Shown here: one piece after another, positions 38,311 to 47,468 of the stretch
Layout of the letters: each line of letters starts with the position of its first letter
Position numbering within the stretch: the stretch's first letter is position 1
Source of the DNA: a virus
Taxonomy: Duplodnaviria; Caudoviricetes
DNA length: 64,000 bases
Strand: one strand, 5' to 3'
Virus record (IMG/VR): IMGVR_UViG_3300020177_000966
The notes under the pieces: model-generated
Database searches by the model: none
What the model was told of the DNA's origin: nothing
The model's input: the letters and a program-made list of their open reading frames with translations, nothing else
Position numbers and translations under genes: made by a program

Positions 38311-39171
38311 TTAAGGTCTCCATCTATCATCTGACCAACCTATCTTATCAGAATTAAACCATTTTAAATCTTCTAAGTAGATAAGATCTTTATCTATATA
38401 CTGTTGTTTCCAAAAATCTACAAATTCTTTTGTCTCGGAAGTAAGTGATTCAACATGTGTGTCAACAAACTCTGCGGCTTCGTGTGTTAAAGGATGAAGT
38501 TCTGGCAGTAGCATATGTTGCGAGTCTGCTGTTCTATCAGGAACACTCTTAGGTCTGGTATCTGCAAATGCTTGATCAGTTCCAAAGTTTAATGCATTTA
38601 GTATTGGTGGGCAAGATGTTTGTATGTCGTCTTTATATGATTCTAGTACTGCCCTAACATCCTCTAACTCTAATTTAGAATTAGTTTTATTAAACTCAGG
38701 CGATAGTTCTTCCCAACCTTCTACTGGTTCTCTAAATGCTGTTGATACTACTTTACACCCAATACTAGACAATGCTTTATGTGTTGAACTTATAGTAGCA
38801 CAGTCTCGCATAACACAATGAATCATATCAGCCCATTGCCATTTAGTTTTGTAATAAAAATTATTAAGCACCATGCCTTCGTTATCTAAAGTTAACCCGC
38901 TAAAGTTACCTGGTGTCCACCAACCATGACCCATATGATATCTATCTTCACGAAACATACTGCTCCACTGTAATAATATAATATCATCTTTATTAAATTT
39001 ATGAACAGTGTTTGCTTCCCACAATCTCATATTAATATATTGATTGCCCGCTCCACTTCTAGCCCAGTTACTTCCTTGATAACCTTTAGATTTATATTGA
39101 TGAATTAGAATATCTGCCCAGGTTGGATAAAAGTATTGGGTTAGACTACACCCGAACGCAAATATTCTCAT
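38311..39171 (-). CDS. Hypothetical protein, SGNH/GDSL-hydrolase-like
   Basis: FAFGCSLT, ARSGAGNQYI, LQWS, LHP resemble SGNH blocks. Confidence 0.4.
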   Translation of the reverse strand: MRIFAFGCSLTQYFYPTWADILIHQYKSKGYQGSNWARSGAGNQYINMRLWEANTVHKFNKDDIILLQWSSMFREDRYHMGHGWWTPGNFSGLTLDNEGMVLNNFYYKTKWQWADMIHCVMRDCATISSTHKALSSIGCKVVSTAFREPVEGWEELSPEFNKTNSKLELEDVRAVLESYKDDIQTSCPPILNALNFGTDQAFADTRPKSVPDRTADSQHMLLPELHPLTHEAAEFVDTHVESLTSETKEFVDFWKQQYIDKDLIYLEDLKWFNSDKIGWSDDRWRP

Positions 39172-40646
39172 ACTAATCTCCGCAATAAGTCTAACATTAT
39201 CTTATGCGGAATAGATTTAATTTGATCAAATTGAATTTTTTGCTGGCATTGACGATTAACAAATTCTTGTGCGTCAGGTGGTAATGTATTGTATTGTTTT
39301 AAAATACTATTAGTATCAAATAACCCTAATCCATGCATTACAATTGCAAAATTATATTCATTAAACAGAATTTTTTTTGTATGAGAAGTTAAATCATCTT
39401 CAATGGGCATTCTGTATTTCCACATTTTTAAATTTTCTTCAAGGGTAGAAGGTAAAGGAGTTTCTGCAACAGCTCTCCAAAAAGGAGTATCACGTCTTGG
39501 TGTAATATAATGTAGTGCAATAAAGTCTCTAATATTTTCCATTATTGCGTTTACTTCTACATTATATCTATTAATTGTTTGATTATTGTAATTGACGATA
39601 CGCTGTGCTAATAACATACTTTGATTAATACTAGTTCCAATACTACTGGCTTCTAAAGGTTCTACAAAGTTTGCACTAAGGCCTATTGCACATACATTGC
39701 CAATCCAAGGTTTATCAATTGCTCCTGCTTCAAACTTAATATGTTTTGCTACATCGATACCATGTCCTAAATATTTTTCAACTTCTTCTTGTGCTTCTTC
39801 GGCTGTAATAAAATCACTATCAAAAATATAACCGTTGCCTTTACGGTCCCAAACCGGTATGCGAAACATCCAGCCTGCATTCATTGCTTTTGCCAAAGTC
39901 CAAATAGGTATTTCGTCGCCGCGCGGATCAATAGCATTAGTATATTCTGTTGGAAAAACTATTGCTTCTTTCATTTTTAGATATTTGCTGTAACTTTGCC
40001 ACTTACCGCCCACAGGCTCTATAAGCAATCTTCTAAATCCTGTACAATCAATGTAAAAGTCATAGTCGTATGTCTGTTTTTCGCCTTCAATTGTGTCAAT
40101 CTGATTGTTTTCGATAACATTTACTTTTATAATTTCATCATCAATGATTTGGCATCCTTTGTTTAATGCAAAATTAGTGAGATAGTTATTAAGTTTACTA
40201 GTATTAAAATGGTATTGACTAACTCCGGTATCGTTAGGACGTTCTTCAATAAATTTACTGAATGGAGTATGATTACGCCAAAGGTAATCACCTGTTAAGT
40301 CGCGAGGATCAACATTTTCACCAATAAGTTTAGCATATGCCATTGGCATTCCTAAATGTTTAGGTACAAAAGGTTCGTGTACATTTTGAAGGTAAGGTTT
40401 TTCTCCCCAATCTTCAAACATGATACCTGTTTTAAATGTTCCGTCAACTTCTTTAAGCATTTCTCCTGCTGATATGCCAACATGTTCCATAAATGCAGTC
40501 CAGTGTTCGGTAGAACCTTCGCCAACACCGATTGTTCCTATCTTTGTTGAACGTATTACATCAACAACGTAAGAAGGAAAACTAGTTTTTAATGTTAAGG
40601 CAGCTACAAATCCTGCTGTGCCGCCACCTACTACTGCTATTTTCAT
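39168..40646 (-). CDS. Flavin-dependent halogenase (tryptophan halogenase family) 3
   Basis: GGGTAGF, IGVGEGS, DGTFKTGI, YHFNT, YIDCTGF, GWMFRIP (WxFxIP variant), FVEPLEASS. Confidence 0.88.
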   Translation of the reverse strand: MKIAVVGGGTAGFVAALTLKTSFPSYVVDVIRSTKIGTIGVGEGSTEHWTAFMEHVGISAGEMLKEVDGTFKTGIMFEDWGEKPYLQNVHEPFVPKHLGMPMAYAKLIGENVDPRDLTGDYLWRNHTPFSKFIEERPNDTGVSQYHFNTSKLNNYLTNFALNKGCQIIDDEIIKVNVIENNQIDTIEGEKQTYDYDFYIDCTGFRRLLIEPVGGKWQSYSKYLKMKEAIVFPTEYTNAIDPRGDEIPIWTLAKAMNAGWMFRIPVWDRKGNGYIFDSDFITAEEAQEEVEKYLGHGIDVAKHIKFEAGAIDKPWIGNVCAIGLSANFVEPLEASSIGTSINQSMLLAQRIVNYNNQTINRYNVEVNAIMENIRDFIALHYITPRRDTPFWRAVAETPLPSTLEENLKMWKYRMPIEDDLTSHTKKILFNEYNFAIVMHGLGLFDTNSILKQYNTLPPDAQEFVNRQCQQKIQFDQIKSIPHKIMLDLLRRLV

Positions 40647-40653
40647 TTTTATC

Positions 40654-41229
40654 CTATTGGTCGAATGTGTACCAACCTGTTATAATATACTTAACACCTT
40701 TGTAGATAGGATTACCTCGATGTGGATGCGTAAACGATGTAGGAAAAATACAAAGTTTTCCAGGCTCAGGTTTACATTTAACTCCTTGGTATAAGAATTC
40801 AGTTTCACCGCCTTCTTCTACAGCATTTAAGTAAACGGTATATGCAAGCACTCTCGAACCTGTACTAATATCAGCATTTTCACAATGCCACATATGATAA
40901 CCTTGATGAGGTTTAGTTTTTTGAACACTCATCCCTTTAGGACTATGTTGCATAACATGACCTAAACTTTCATATTTTTTTCTATACTTTTCTTCATATA
41001 TTTTATTTAATTGTGTATAAAAGAACAAGCATAAATCTTCATCAGCATGATACATCGAATTATGATTAGCCCAATCCATGTATATGCGTTCATCTTGATT
41101 CTTTATACTACTTTGTAAAGTAGTTATTTGCTTTGAAGACATTTCTTCGAATCGTTTAATTACTTGTCTACACCAGTCAATTGGAAAAGCGTTTGGATAT
41201 TCTTCGATTCCATCAAAATTACCTTCCAT
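40654..41229 (-). CDS. 2OG-Fe(II) oxygenase (prolyl-4-hydroxylase-like)
   Basis: YHMWHCE, YLNAVEEGGETEF, GKLCIFP, THPHRG, KYIITGW. Confidence 0.85.
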   Translation of the reverse strand: MEGNFDGIEEYPNAFPIDWCRQVIKRFEEMSSKQITTLQSSIKNQDERIYMDWANHNSMYHADEDLCLFFYTQLNKIYEEKYRKKYESLGHVMQHSPKGMSVQKTKPHQGYHMWHCENADISTGSRVLAYTVYLNAVEEGGETEFLYQGVKCKPEPGKLCIFPTSFTHPHRGNPIYKGVKYIITGWYTFDQ

Positions 41230-41237
41230 AGTCTCTC

Positions 41238-41939
41238 CTAAATAAAAAATTGTTGATTTAATCTATATAAATCATTAGTAAACATCTGCGGTTTTACATA
41301 CGCACTATGCAAAACTGCCTGATTGTACAATACCATTCTATTAAATTTCATTTGTGCAATGCCTAACAGCTTCCAGTCGCCAATACTATCTGAAATATAA
41401 CGAGTTACTGGAATTTTTCCTTGTACATCTAATGTGTGTGTTACACTAGGGTCGTCATAATATGTTTTCCCCCCAAAAGAATAAAAACTTGTTCCGCCAT
41501 TACACTCATTTGCTGTGTTTAAATAGATTGTAGATGCAAGATTCATTCCACTAGTATTATCCATATGAGGACAAACAGGAGGTAAATTGTTAGTTTGCAT
41601 AACATTTACCATAAATGTTGCATTCATAAAACTATGCTCCATATATTGTGGAGGATAAGCAGTCATTACTTCTGGAAAATACTGTCTTGCTAATTGATCA
41701 TATATCCATGACATACTAGATAATTCATAAAACGCATTAATACGATGTGCTGGATTATTGCCACGTATACGTCTATTTGTAGATGCAGGTATATCTAAAG
41801 CAAGCTGTCTAACATCATATGGATTTTCATAGAAGTCGTCTACTATTAATACTTTTACGTCACCGTAATGAACTAGCTGTGCATCATAATTTGGATTGAT
41901 AGCAAAAATTTTTTCTTCGTCGATAATTTTTTTATCCAT
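41238..41939 (-). CDS. 2OG-Fe(II) oxygenase-like protein (DUF6445-like)
   Basis: IVDDFYENP, CPHMD, IYLN, GGTSFY, FNRMVLY, LHSA, RLNQQFF. Confidence 0.7.
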   Translation of the reverse strand: MDKKIIDEEKIFAINPNYDAQLVHYGDVKVLIVDDFYENPYDVRQLALDIPASTNRRIRGNNPAHRINAFYELSSMSWIYDQLARQYFPEVMTAYPPQYMEHSFMNATFMVNVMQTNNLPPVCPHMDNTSGMNLASTIYLNTANECNGGTSFYSFGGKTYYDDPSVTHTLDVQGKIPVTRYISDSIGDWKLLGIAQMKFNRMVLYNQAVLHSAYVKPQMFTNDLYRLNQQFFI

Positions 41940-42543
41940 GATCGTCTCCGATTAATTTTTCTTTTATAATAAAGTTTGCACTAATTGTAGCACGAACTTT
42001 GTTAGATTTGTTTTCCGAAACGTAATGTTCTAAGTTACTAGGAAAATAGATAATTTCTCCCTCTTTTAAGGGAGGAGTTACCCTATTATTAAATTTAAAA
42101 GGTTCTGAACTTAGCCTAGGAAGTCCAGCTTGGTGAAAATAATCGTATTGATTCTTATAAAATACAAAATTTCCGCTATCTGGCGGAGTGTACATCATGT
42201 ATGCACAACTAATAACACTTTCTCCAGCATGATTATGAATTTCCTGATATTGATTTGAAGAATATCTATTCAACCAGCACTCTACTCTGTATTCTTTTGG
42301 TAGATCTAGATTAAAGATTTCAATATAATCATTTAATCCAATAACTGCTGATTGTATAAACTTTTGCCATGGTAATTTATCTGCTTCTCTATTACCAAAA
42401 GTAGTATCTACATTACTATACCAAGTTGGAATTTTAAAAAAGTGAGAATCATCTTCGAGTACGTCTTTAAAATCTTCTCGAATAGCATCATGGTTAGAAA
42501 GAGATGTTTTATAAACTGGTATAGAAAATAAATTAACATGCAT
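41932..42543 (-). CDS. Putative 2OG-Fe(II) oxygenase (TIGR02466-like)
   Basis: WLNRY, QEIHNH, ISCAYM, EGEIIYFPSNLEHYV, RATISANF. Confidence 0.75.
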   Translation of the reverse strand: MHVNLFSIPVYKTSLSNHDAIREDFKDVLEDDSHFFKIPTWYSNVDTTFGNREADKLPWQKFIQSAVIGLNDYIEIFNLDLPKEYRVECWLNRYSSNQYQEIHNHAGESVISCAYMMYTPPDSGNFVFYKNQYDYFHQAGLPRLSSEPFKFNNRVTPPLKEGEIIYFPSNLEHYVSENKSNKVRATISANFIIKEKLIGDDHG

Positions 42544-44372
42544 CAGTTTTTCATTTCAATTAATTTACCATATTCAGGCAAATAACAATATTCCATTTCG
42601 CTACTATAAAGTGTGCGTACTGCATCGTCTAATGTTTCAACTAAAGGCTCGCCTCCTAAGTTAAAGCTAGTATTAAAGATAATTGGCACACCTGTTTGTT
42701 CGTAAAATTCTTTAATTATTTCATAATAATGTTTATTTTGTTCTTGAGTCACTGTTTGAATACGACAAGTTCCGTCAACGTGAATAATACTTGGAATTTT
42801 TTCAGCAACACCGGGTTGGCAATTCATTGCATACATCATATGAGGCGACTGTTCCAAACCGCGCATATCAAACCATTCATGTGCATGTTCAGCAAGAATA
42901 GTTCCTGCAAATGGGCGGAAATATTCGCGACGCTTAATGCGATTTACATGATCTTTTCCATTTAGGTCTGTTGGATCATATAGAATACTTCTGTTACCGA
43001 GTGCTCTTGGACCATTTTCTGATCGTCCTTGGAACATTGTAACAATTTTTCTGTCTCTAATTAACTCAACTACTTTTTTATTGTCAGCGTCAACAACTAC
43101 AGCACCGTATTTGTTTGCAACTTCTTCAATTTCTTTATCTGAATGACAATAAGGAAATCCTTCATAAATTGTTTCTGTATACGGACGTACTTTTTTATCT
43201 TTAGTAGTTTGATGATAAACTAATAATGCGGCACCAATTGCTGTTCCAGCATCACTACTAACAGGCTCTACATATAAATTAATACCTTCTTTATTTAATT
43301 TGTCAAGATACCAATAATTAGCAACACAATTAAGTGCATAGCCACCACTTAGTACAACATTTTTGTTACCGCTCATTTCAACTGCCTTAAAAATAAGATT
43401 TAAAACTTCTTGCTGTGAACCTTCTTGTACAGCATATGCCATATCTCTACGGTTTTCTAATGTTGTAAGATCAACTCTACTGTTAACTACGTCTTGAGAA
43501 GTTTCAAGATATTCATATTTTCCTTCATTTACTACAGCCGCATTAGGATATGTAGGAATAATTACACTTCTATCACTAGTACGCCATTTGCCGCCATTTC
43601 CATCTGTATAAATTGGAGGAATCTTATCATTAGGTTTGCCATAAGGAGCAAGACCCATTGTTTTGCCAGCTTCAATTGGCTGAAATCCACAATACTGTGT
43701 TACTGCTTCGTAGGCCTTTGTAATACCTGCACTATCATCTAGCACAAGTTCATGGAATCCTTCTTCCCCTTCTCTTTCTGAAGGAATATATTGAACCCTA
43801 GTTCCAGGATAAGGACCGTTTCCGCCCTGATGTTTATATAATGTTTTAATAGCATCAGGATAAGAACAATTAAAAATACTTTCACATTCCCAAGTCATAA
43901 ACTCATCATTAAATGTTCCCGTAGAAATATTCATAGGAATAAAGGTGCCGGCACCGTCAACTACTACTGCAACTGCTGATTCAAAACCACTTCTATAAAA
44001 TGCACATGCCGCATGTAGTTTATGATGTACATAACTCATATCAATTACTTGTCTATGATTATGATGTCCGTCAGGAGTATATGCATTATCTGATCTATCA
44101 ATAAGTCCTAACTTTCTTGCAAGACCAGTATACATGTCTCCACCGCTAAAGTCAATTCTACTTGATTCTTCTAACGGTTGTGTATGAGCAACGACTAGAT
44201 AATCTAATTTATCAGTGTAATCTAAAAACTTAGTCATTGCGGCTAGTGGGCCGCCATCGTATTTTTTACGTGTTAATCTTTCTTCTTCGATAGCAAAAAC
44301 AATTTCACCGTCTTTTAATAAAACTGCGCCACCGTTGTGACCTCTTGTAATTGCTCCAATCCACTGTGTCAT
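42543..44372 (-). CDS. O-carbamoyltransferase (NodU/CmcH/TobZ family)
   Basis: EEERLTRKK, HHKLHAACAFY, VVDGAG, GKTMGLAPYG, SGGYALN, DAGTAIGAA, GPRALGNRSIL, REYFRPFA, NTSFN. Confidence 0.93.
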   Translation of the reverse strand: MTQWIGAITRGHNGGAVLLKDGEIVFAIEEERLTRKKYDGGPLAAMTKFLDYTDKLDYLVVAHTQPLEESSRIDFSGGDMYTGLARKLGLIDRSDNAYTPDGHHNHRQVIDMSYVHHKLHAACAFYRSGFESAVAVVVDGAGTFIPMNISTGTFNDEFMTWECESIFNCSYPDAIKTLYKHQGGNGPYPGTRVQYIPSEREGEEGFHELVLDDSAGITKAYEAVTQYCGFQPIEAGKTMGLAPYGKPNDKIPPIYTDGNGGKWRTSDRSVIIPTYPNAAVVNEGKYEYLETSQDVVNSRVDLTTLENRRDMAYAVQEGSQQEVLNLIFKAVEMSGNKNVVLSGGYALNCVANYWYLDKLNKEGINLYVEPVSSDAGTAIGAALLVYHQTTKDKKVRPYTETIYEGFPYCHSDKEIEEVANKYGAVVVDADNKKVVELIRDRKIVTMFQGRSENGPRALGNRSILYDPTDLNGKDHVNRIKRREYFRPFAGTILAEHAHEWFDMRGLEQSPHMMYAMNCQPGVAEKIPSIIHVDGTCRIQTVTQEQNKHYYEIIKEFYEQTGVPIIFNTSFNLGGEPLVETLDDAVRTLYSSEMEYCYLPEYGKLIEMKN

Positions 44373-45103
44373 ACTTTATTTTCCTTTATAAGTTTTAAAA
44401 CTTTACTTCTATATCTTGCATTTTCAAATGCTTCATAACATTCTGCTAACGGTGTTGGCAAAAATCTCTTTGCTTTAAGATTTTTAAATCCTAAACACTG
44501 CATTACAGGCCCGGTTTTAGATTCAAATAATTTAGCACTATCAAATCTAACTAATCTAACTTTCTCTGTTGTGTTAAATTTAAAGTAACACAACGTATCT
44601 CCTTGTTTTATGTCAAGTTCTCTAACATTTTTTTTAAATTTAAATGCAGGACGTACTGGTCTAATCCAACTTGCTATATTATATGTACCTGCTATACCCA
44701 TTGTGTCTCTTGAAAACTGACTTTCGCTATAATATGGAGGAAGCTGTGTCATTGTTAACGGTTTTTCACTAAAAAATAGAAAACAAGGATGATCTAATTG
44801 ATAAACACCTTCAGGATTTGGCTGTCCAATATAATTCATTAAAAAGTTAGGTTCAACATCATACTTAGAAACTAACTCTTGTCTTTCATAATCTAATTTA
44901 ATATGAAAATCAATAGGACTTTTTGCAGTAAAAGTATTTTTAGTTTCGTCAACAATTGCAGGACATAAACTTGCGCCTAAACCAAAAAATTCTCTAGCAT
45001 TTAAGTCTTTATATACTGTATTAGGTTCGTAGTACTTTAATTCAGATACAAATTCTTGGTTATCTGGTACATTTATAACTGGTGACCAATATACTGTATG
45101 CAT
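44369..45103 (-). CDS. Hypothetical protein (possible beta-barrel/dUTPase-like fold)
   Basis: 244 aa, coupled on both sides; CPAI, IASWIRP, GDTLCYFKF. Confidence 0.5.
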   Translation of the reverse strand: MHTVYWSPVINVPDNQEFVSELKYYEPNTVYKDLNAREFFGLGASLCPAIVDETKNTFTAKSPIDFHIKLDYERQELVSKYDVEPNFLMNYIGQPNPEGVYQLDHPCFLFFSEKPLTMTQLPPYYSESQFSRDTMGIAGTYNIASWIRPVRPAFKFKKNVRELDIKQGDTLCYFKFNTTEKVRLVRFDSAKLFESKTGPVMQCLGFKNLKAKRFLPTPLAECYEAFENARYRSKVLKLIKENKV

Positions 45104-45693
45104 TAATCAAACTCTACTTCGTAAATAAAGTCACAAACAAACGCTTTACGTTCTTGTAAGGTAGGATATACTCCGTGAAATACCTTGCCGTCCATAATAA
45201 TAACATCTCCAGCAATACACTTTACAAGATCGCTTACTAATTCTCCAGTTACTGGATTTTGCGTAATACATTTTAGTTTACCTGCTAAAGGTTTATCGTC
45301 ATGTAAATCTATAGTGTTCAAAAACATTACACTAGTTAATTTTCTTAATGGTAAATGTGTGTGCATTCCGCTATACGTACCTTCAGGATAACGTATCCAC
45401 CAACATTTTTCAAATTCAATACTTTTAAATCTATATGGAGCAAGTGTTTGCTTTATAAAATTAATATATTCTTGTTGCGAATCGACTTGGTATGCATATT
45501 TCATTTCTGGATTGTAACGTAGTATTGCGCCGCCGTGGTCTGTATGTTCTTGCAAACCTAAGTTGTCATCAAATAAAGGTAAAAACTTTTCATAGTTTGC
45601 AAACTTAGATTTTTTAATCCAATAGTCTGCAATTTGTCCTTGTGAACTTAAAAACCAAAAGTCTTTATTGCCTTGATATAACTCTTCTAACAT
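45103..45693 (-). CDS. Putative 2OG-Fe(II) oxygenase
   Basis: YSGMHTH, LTSVMFL, GDVIIMDGKVFHGVYP, RKAFV. Confidence 0.65.
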   Translation of the reverse strand: MLEELYQGNKDFWFLSSQGQIADYWIKKSKFANYEKFLPLFDDNLGLQEHTDHGGAILRYNPEMKYAYQVDSQQEYINFIKQTLAPYRFKSIEFEKCWWIRYPEGTYSGMHTHLPLRKLTSVMFLNTIDLHDDKPLAGKLKCITQNPVTGELVSDLVKCIAGDVIIMDGKVFHGVYPTLQERKAFVCDFIYEVEFD

Positions 45694-46313
45694 ATTGATG
45701 TCTCATAGTCAAAATCGCATACGAATACTTTGCGTTGATTTAACGTAGGATAAGTCCCGTGATATACTCTGCCATCCATAATAACACAATCACCTGCTTT
45801 TGGTACGTGTTGTAAGTAATTAGTTGAATATTCTAAAGGTTGTAGTGTAGTTAAAGATCCTGCTAACGGGTATTCTTGGCTAGTTTGAGTATTTGTTAAA
45901 AACAAAACTGCTGTTAATTGCTTGCCTGGAGTGTGACAATGTAATCCACTGTATGCTCCGGGTGCATAATCTACTCCCCACGCCTTTTTAAATTTGTTAA
46001 CTTTAATAGGTAATTCTGCACAACAAATTTTAATAAATCTATGAAAGTCCAATGTTGGATCTAAATCAATTGGATACGCCATATCTGTTTTATAGTGTAA
46101 ATATCCGTTACCATAATCTTTATGACTGTTGTCGTATACACCTTCTTCAAATAACGGTAAAAACTTTTTCCAAGTAGGATAATGATTACCTGTAATTACC
46201 CATGTTTCTAAAGTCTGTGCGGCAGCGATTTGCGGACGAAAGCTACTATCAAACAAATCATTAAGAAACGCTTCTGGGGAAGATTTATCTAATCTGCTTG
46301 GACTATCTGACAT
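45687..46313 (-). CDS. Putative 2OG-Fe(II) oxygenase (paralogue of 45103-45693)
   Basis: YSGLHCH, LTAVLFL, GDCVIMDGRVYHGTYP, RKVFV. Confidence 0.65.
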   Translation of the reverse strand: MSDSPSRLDKSSPEAFLNDLFDSSFRPQIAAAQTLETWVITGNHYPTWKKFLPLFEEGVYDNSHKDYGNGYLHYKTDMAYPIDLDPTLDFHRFIKICCAELPIKVNKFKKAWGVDYAPGAYSGLHCHTPGKQLTAVLFLTNTQTSQEYPLAGSLTTLQPLEYSTNYLQHVPKAGDCVIMDGRVYHGTYPTLNQRKVFVCDFDYETSIC

Positions 46314-47353
46314 TACTGGCCAGTCCTTCCTAAAATTTGAGCTGGTTGTTTATTAGAGTGTACTACTCCATGAGTTGGACACACATCTCCTTGTTCTTGT
46401 GGAATATAATCTCCTGAATAACTTCTCGGTTTACCTAATCGTTTGCGTACACTAGTAATAATTGCTTTAAAGTTATCGTCGTCTAGTTCCATAACTTCAT
46501 CATTAAATCGTTCAATTTCCTCTTCCATTGTAAGTCTAATAGGACTAAACTTACGTTTTCCTTCACCTAGATCAATAATATCAAAATCTGGCGAATTTGG
46601 ATATGAAATATTAATAGGATATGTACTTCCAATAACACTGGTGCATGTTGTACCTAATGCCTTTGCCATATGTTGTCCCAAACTATCACAACCAATAAAA
46701 TGATCAGCAATTTGAATAATACTTGACCAAACTCTTACATCTGGAATTTGTGGAACAGCAATAGGTACAGTTGGATTCTCTTCAATTTTAATAGGAAATT
46801 CACTCATTATAATTACAGCATAATCTTCACGTAATTCTTTAACAATTCTAACTACGTCATTTAAGTGAAAACTTCTTGATGTTCCGTCAACAATAAAGTC
46901 TCCCATATTTTCTGCTGTGCGGCCAAAGGGCTGAAACACTACTACTTTGTCTTTTCCTGTAACAGCCTTTACTTCTTCAACTACTTTATATCCTTGAACT
47001 AGTTCGTGTTTATTCATATAAATTTTTGGATCGCCTACTTCTCGCAATCCTTTATTATTAATTGCAATATCAAATGCTTGTGCTAAACTACATTTTTGAT
47101 TATAATATTCCCATACTCTGTATGGTTCAGGTGTAATACAATCTCTATCTTTGATATAGTCTCTAAATAAATTTTTATGCCAATGGTCATACGCTAGTTC
47201 GTGTAGATGTGGATGTCCTTTATAAAAGTCCATTCCTCCTTCACAAACAATAATAAAGTCTTGATCTTCTTCGTATAGTTTTTCAAATGCAGGAATTGAA
47301 CAAACAACTCTACCTGCACCACCGTTCATAAAATATGCTTTTTTTCGTGACAA
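46313..47353 (-). CDS. GT-B glycosyltransferase, GT9 (ADP-heptose transferase)-like
   Basis: N-terminal NGGAGR, VVVFQPFG, ADHFIGCDSLGQHMAKALG. TTG start with an AGGAG SD; TAAATA at 47378-47383. Confidence 0.7.
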   Translation of the reverse strand: MSRKKAYFMNGGAGRVVCSIPAFEKLYEEDQDFIIVCEGGMDFYKGHPHLHELAYDHWHKNLFRDYIKDRDCITPEPYRVWEYYNQKCSLAQAFDIAINNKGLREVGDPKIYMNKHELVQGYKVVEEVKAVTGKDKVVVFQPFGRTAENMGDFIVDGTSRSFHLNDVVRIVKELREDYAVIIMSEFPIKIEENPTVPIAVPQIPDVRVWSSIIQIADHFIGCDSLGQHMAKALGTTCTSVIGSTYPINISYPNSPDFDIIDLGEGKRKFSPIRLTMEEEIERFNDEVMELDDDNFKAIITSVRKRLGKPRSYSGDYIPQEQGDVCPTHGVVHSNKQPAQILGRTGQ

Positions 47354-47418
47354 AGTATTACTCCTATTGTATAGAAATATTTACTTTACAAACAAATTAT
47401 GAATGGCGGATGTGGCAT

Positions 47419-47447
47419 AAAAAAACCCCTGCATTGCAAGGGTTTTT
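47419..47447. terminator. Probable bidirectional rho-independent terminator
   Basis: AAAAAAACCCCTGCATTGCAAGGGTTTTT, a stem with A and T tracts on either side; separates the fibre operon from the GT9 operon. Confidence 0.75.
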
Positions 47448-47468
47448 ATTTTTAAATTTTATTAATTA

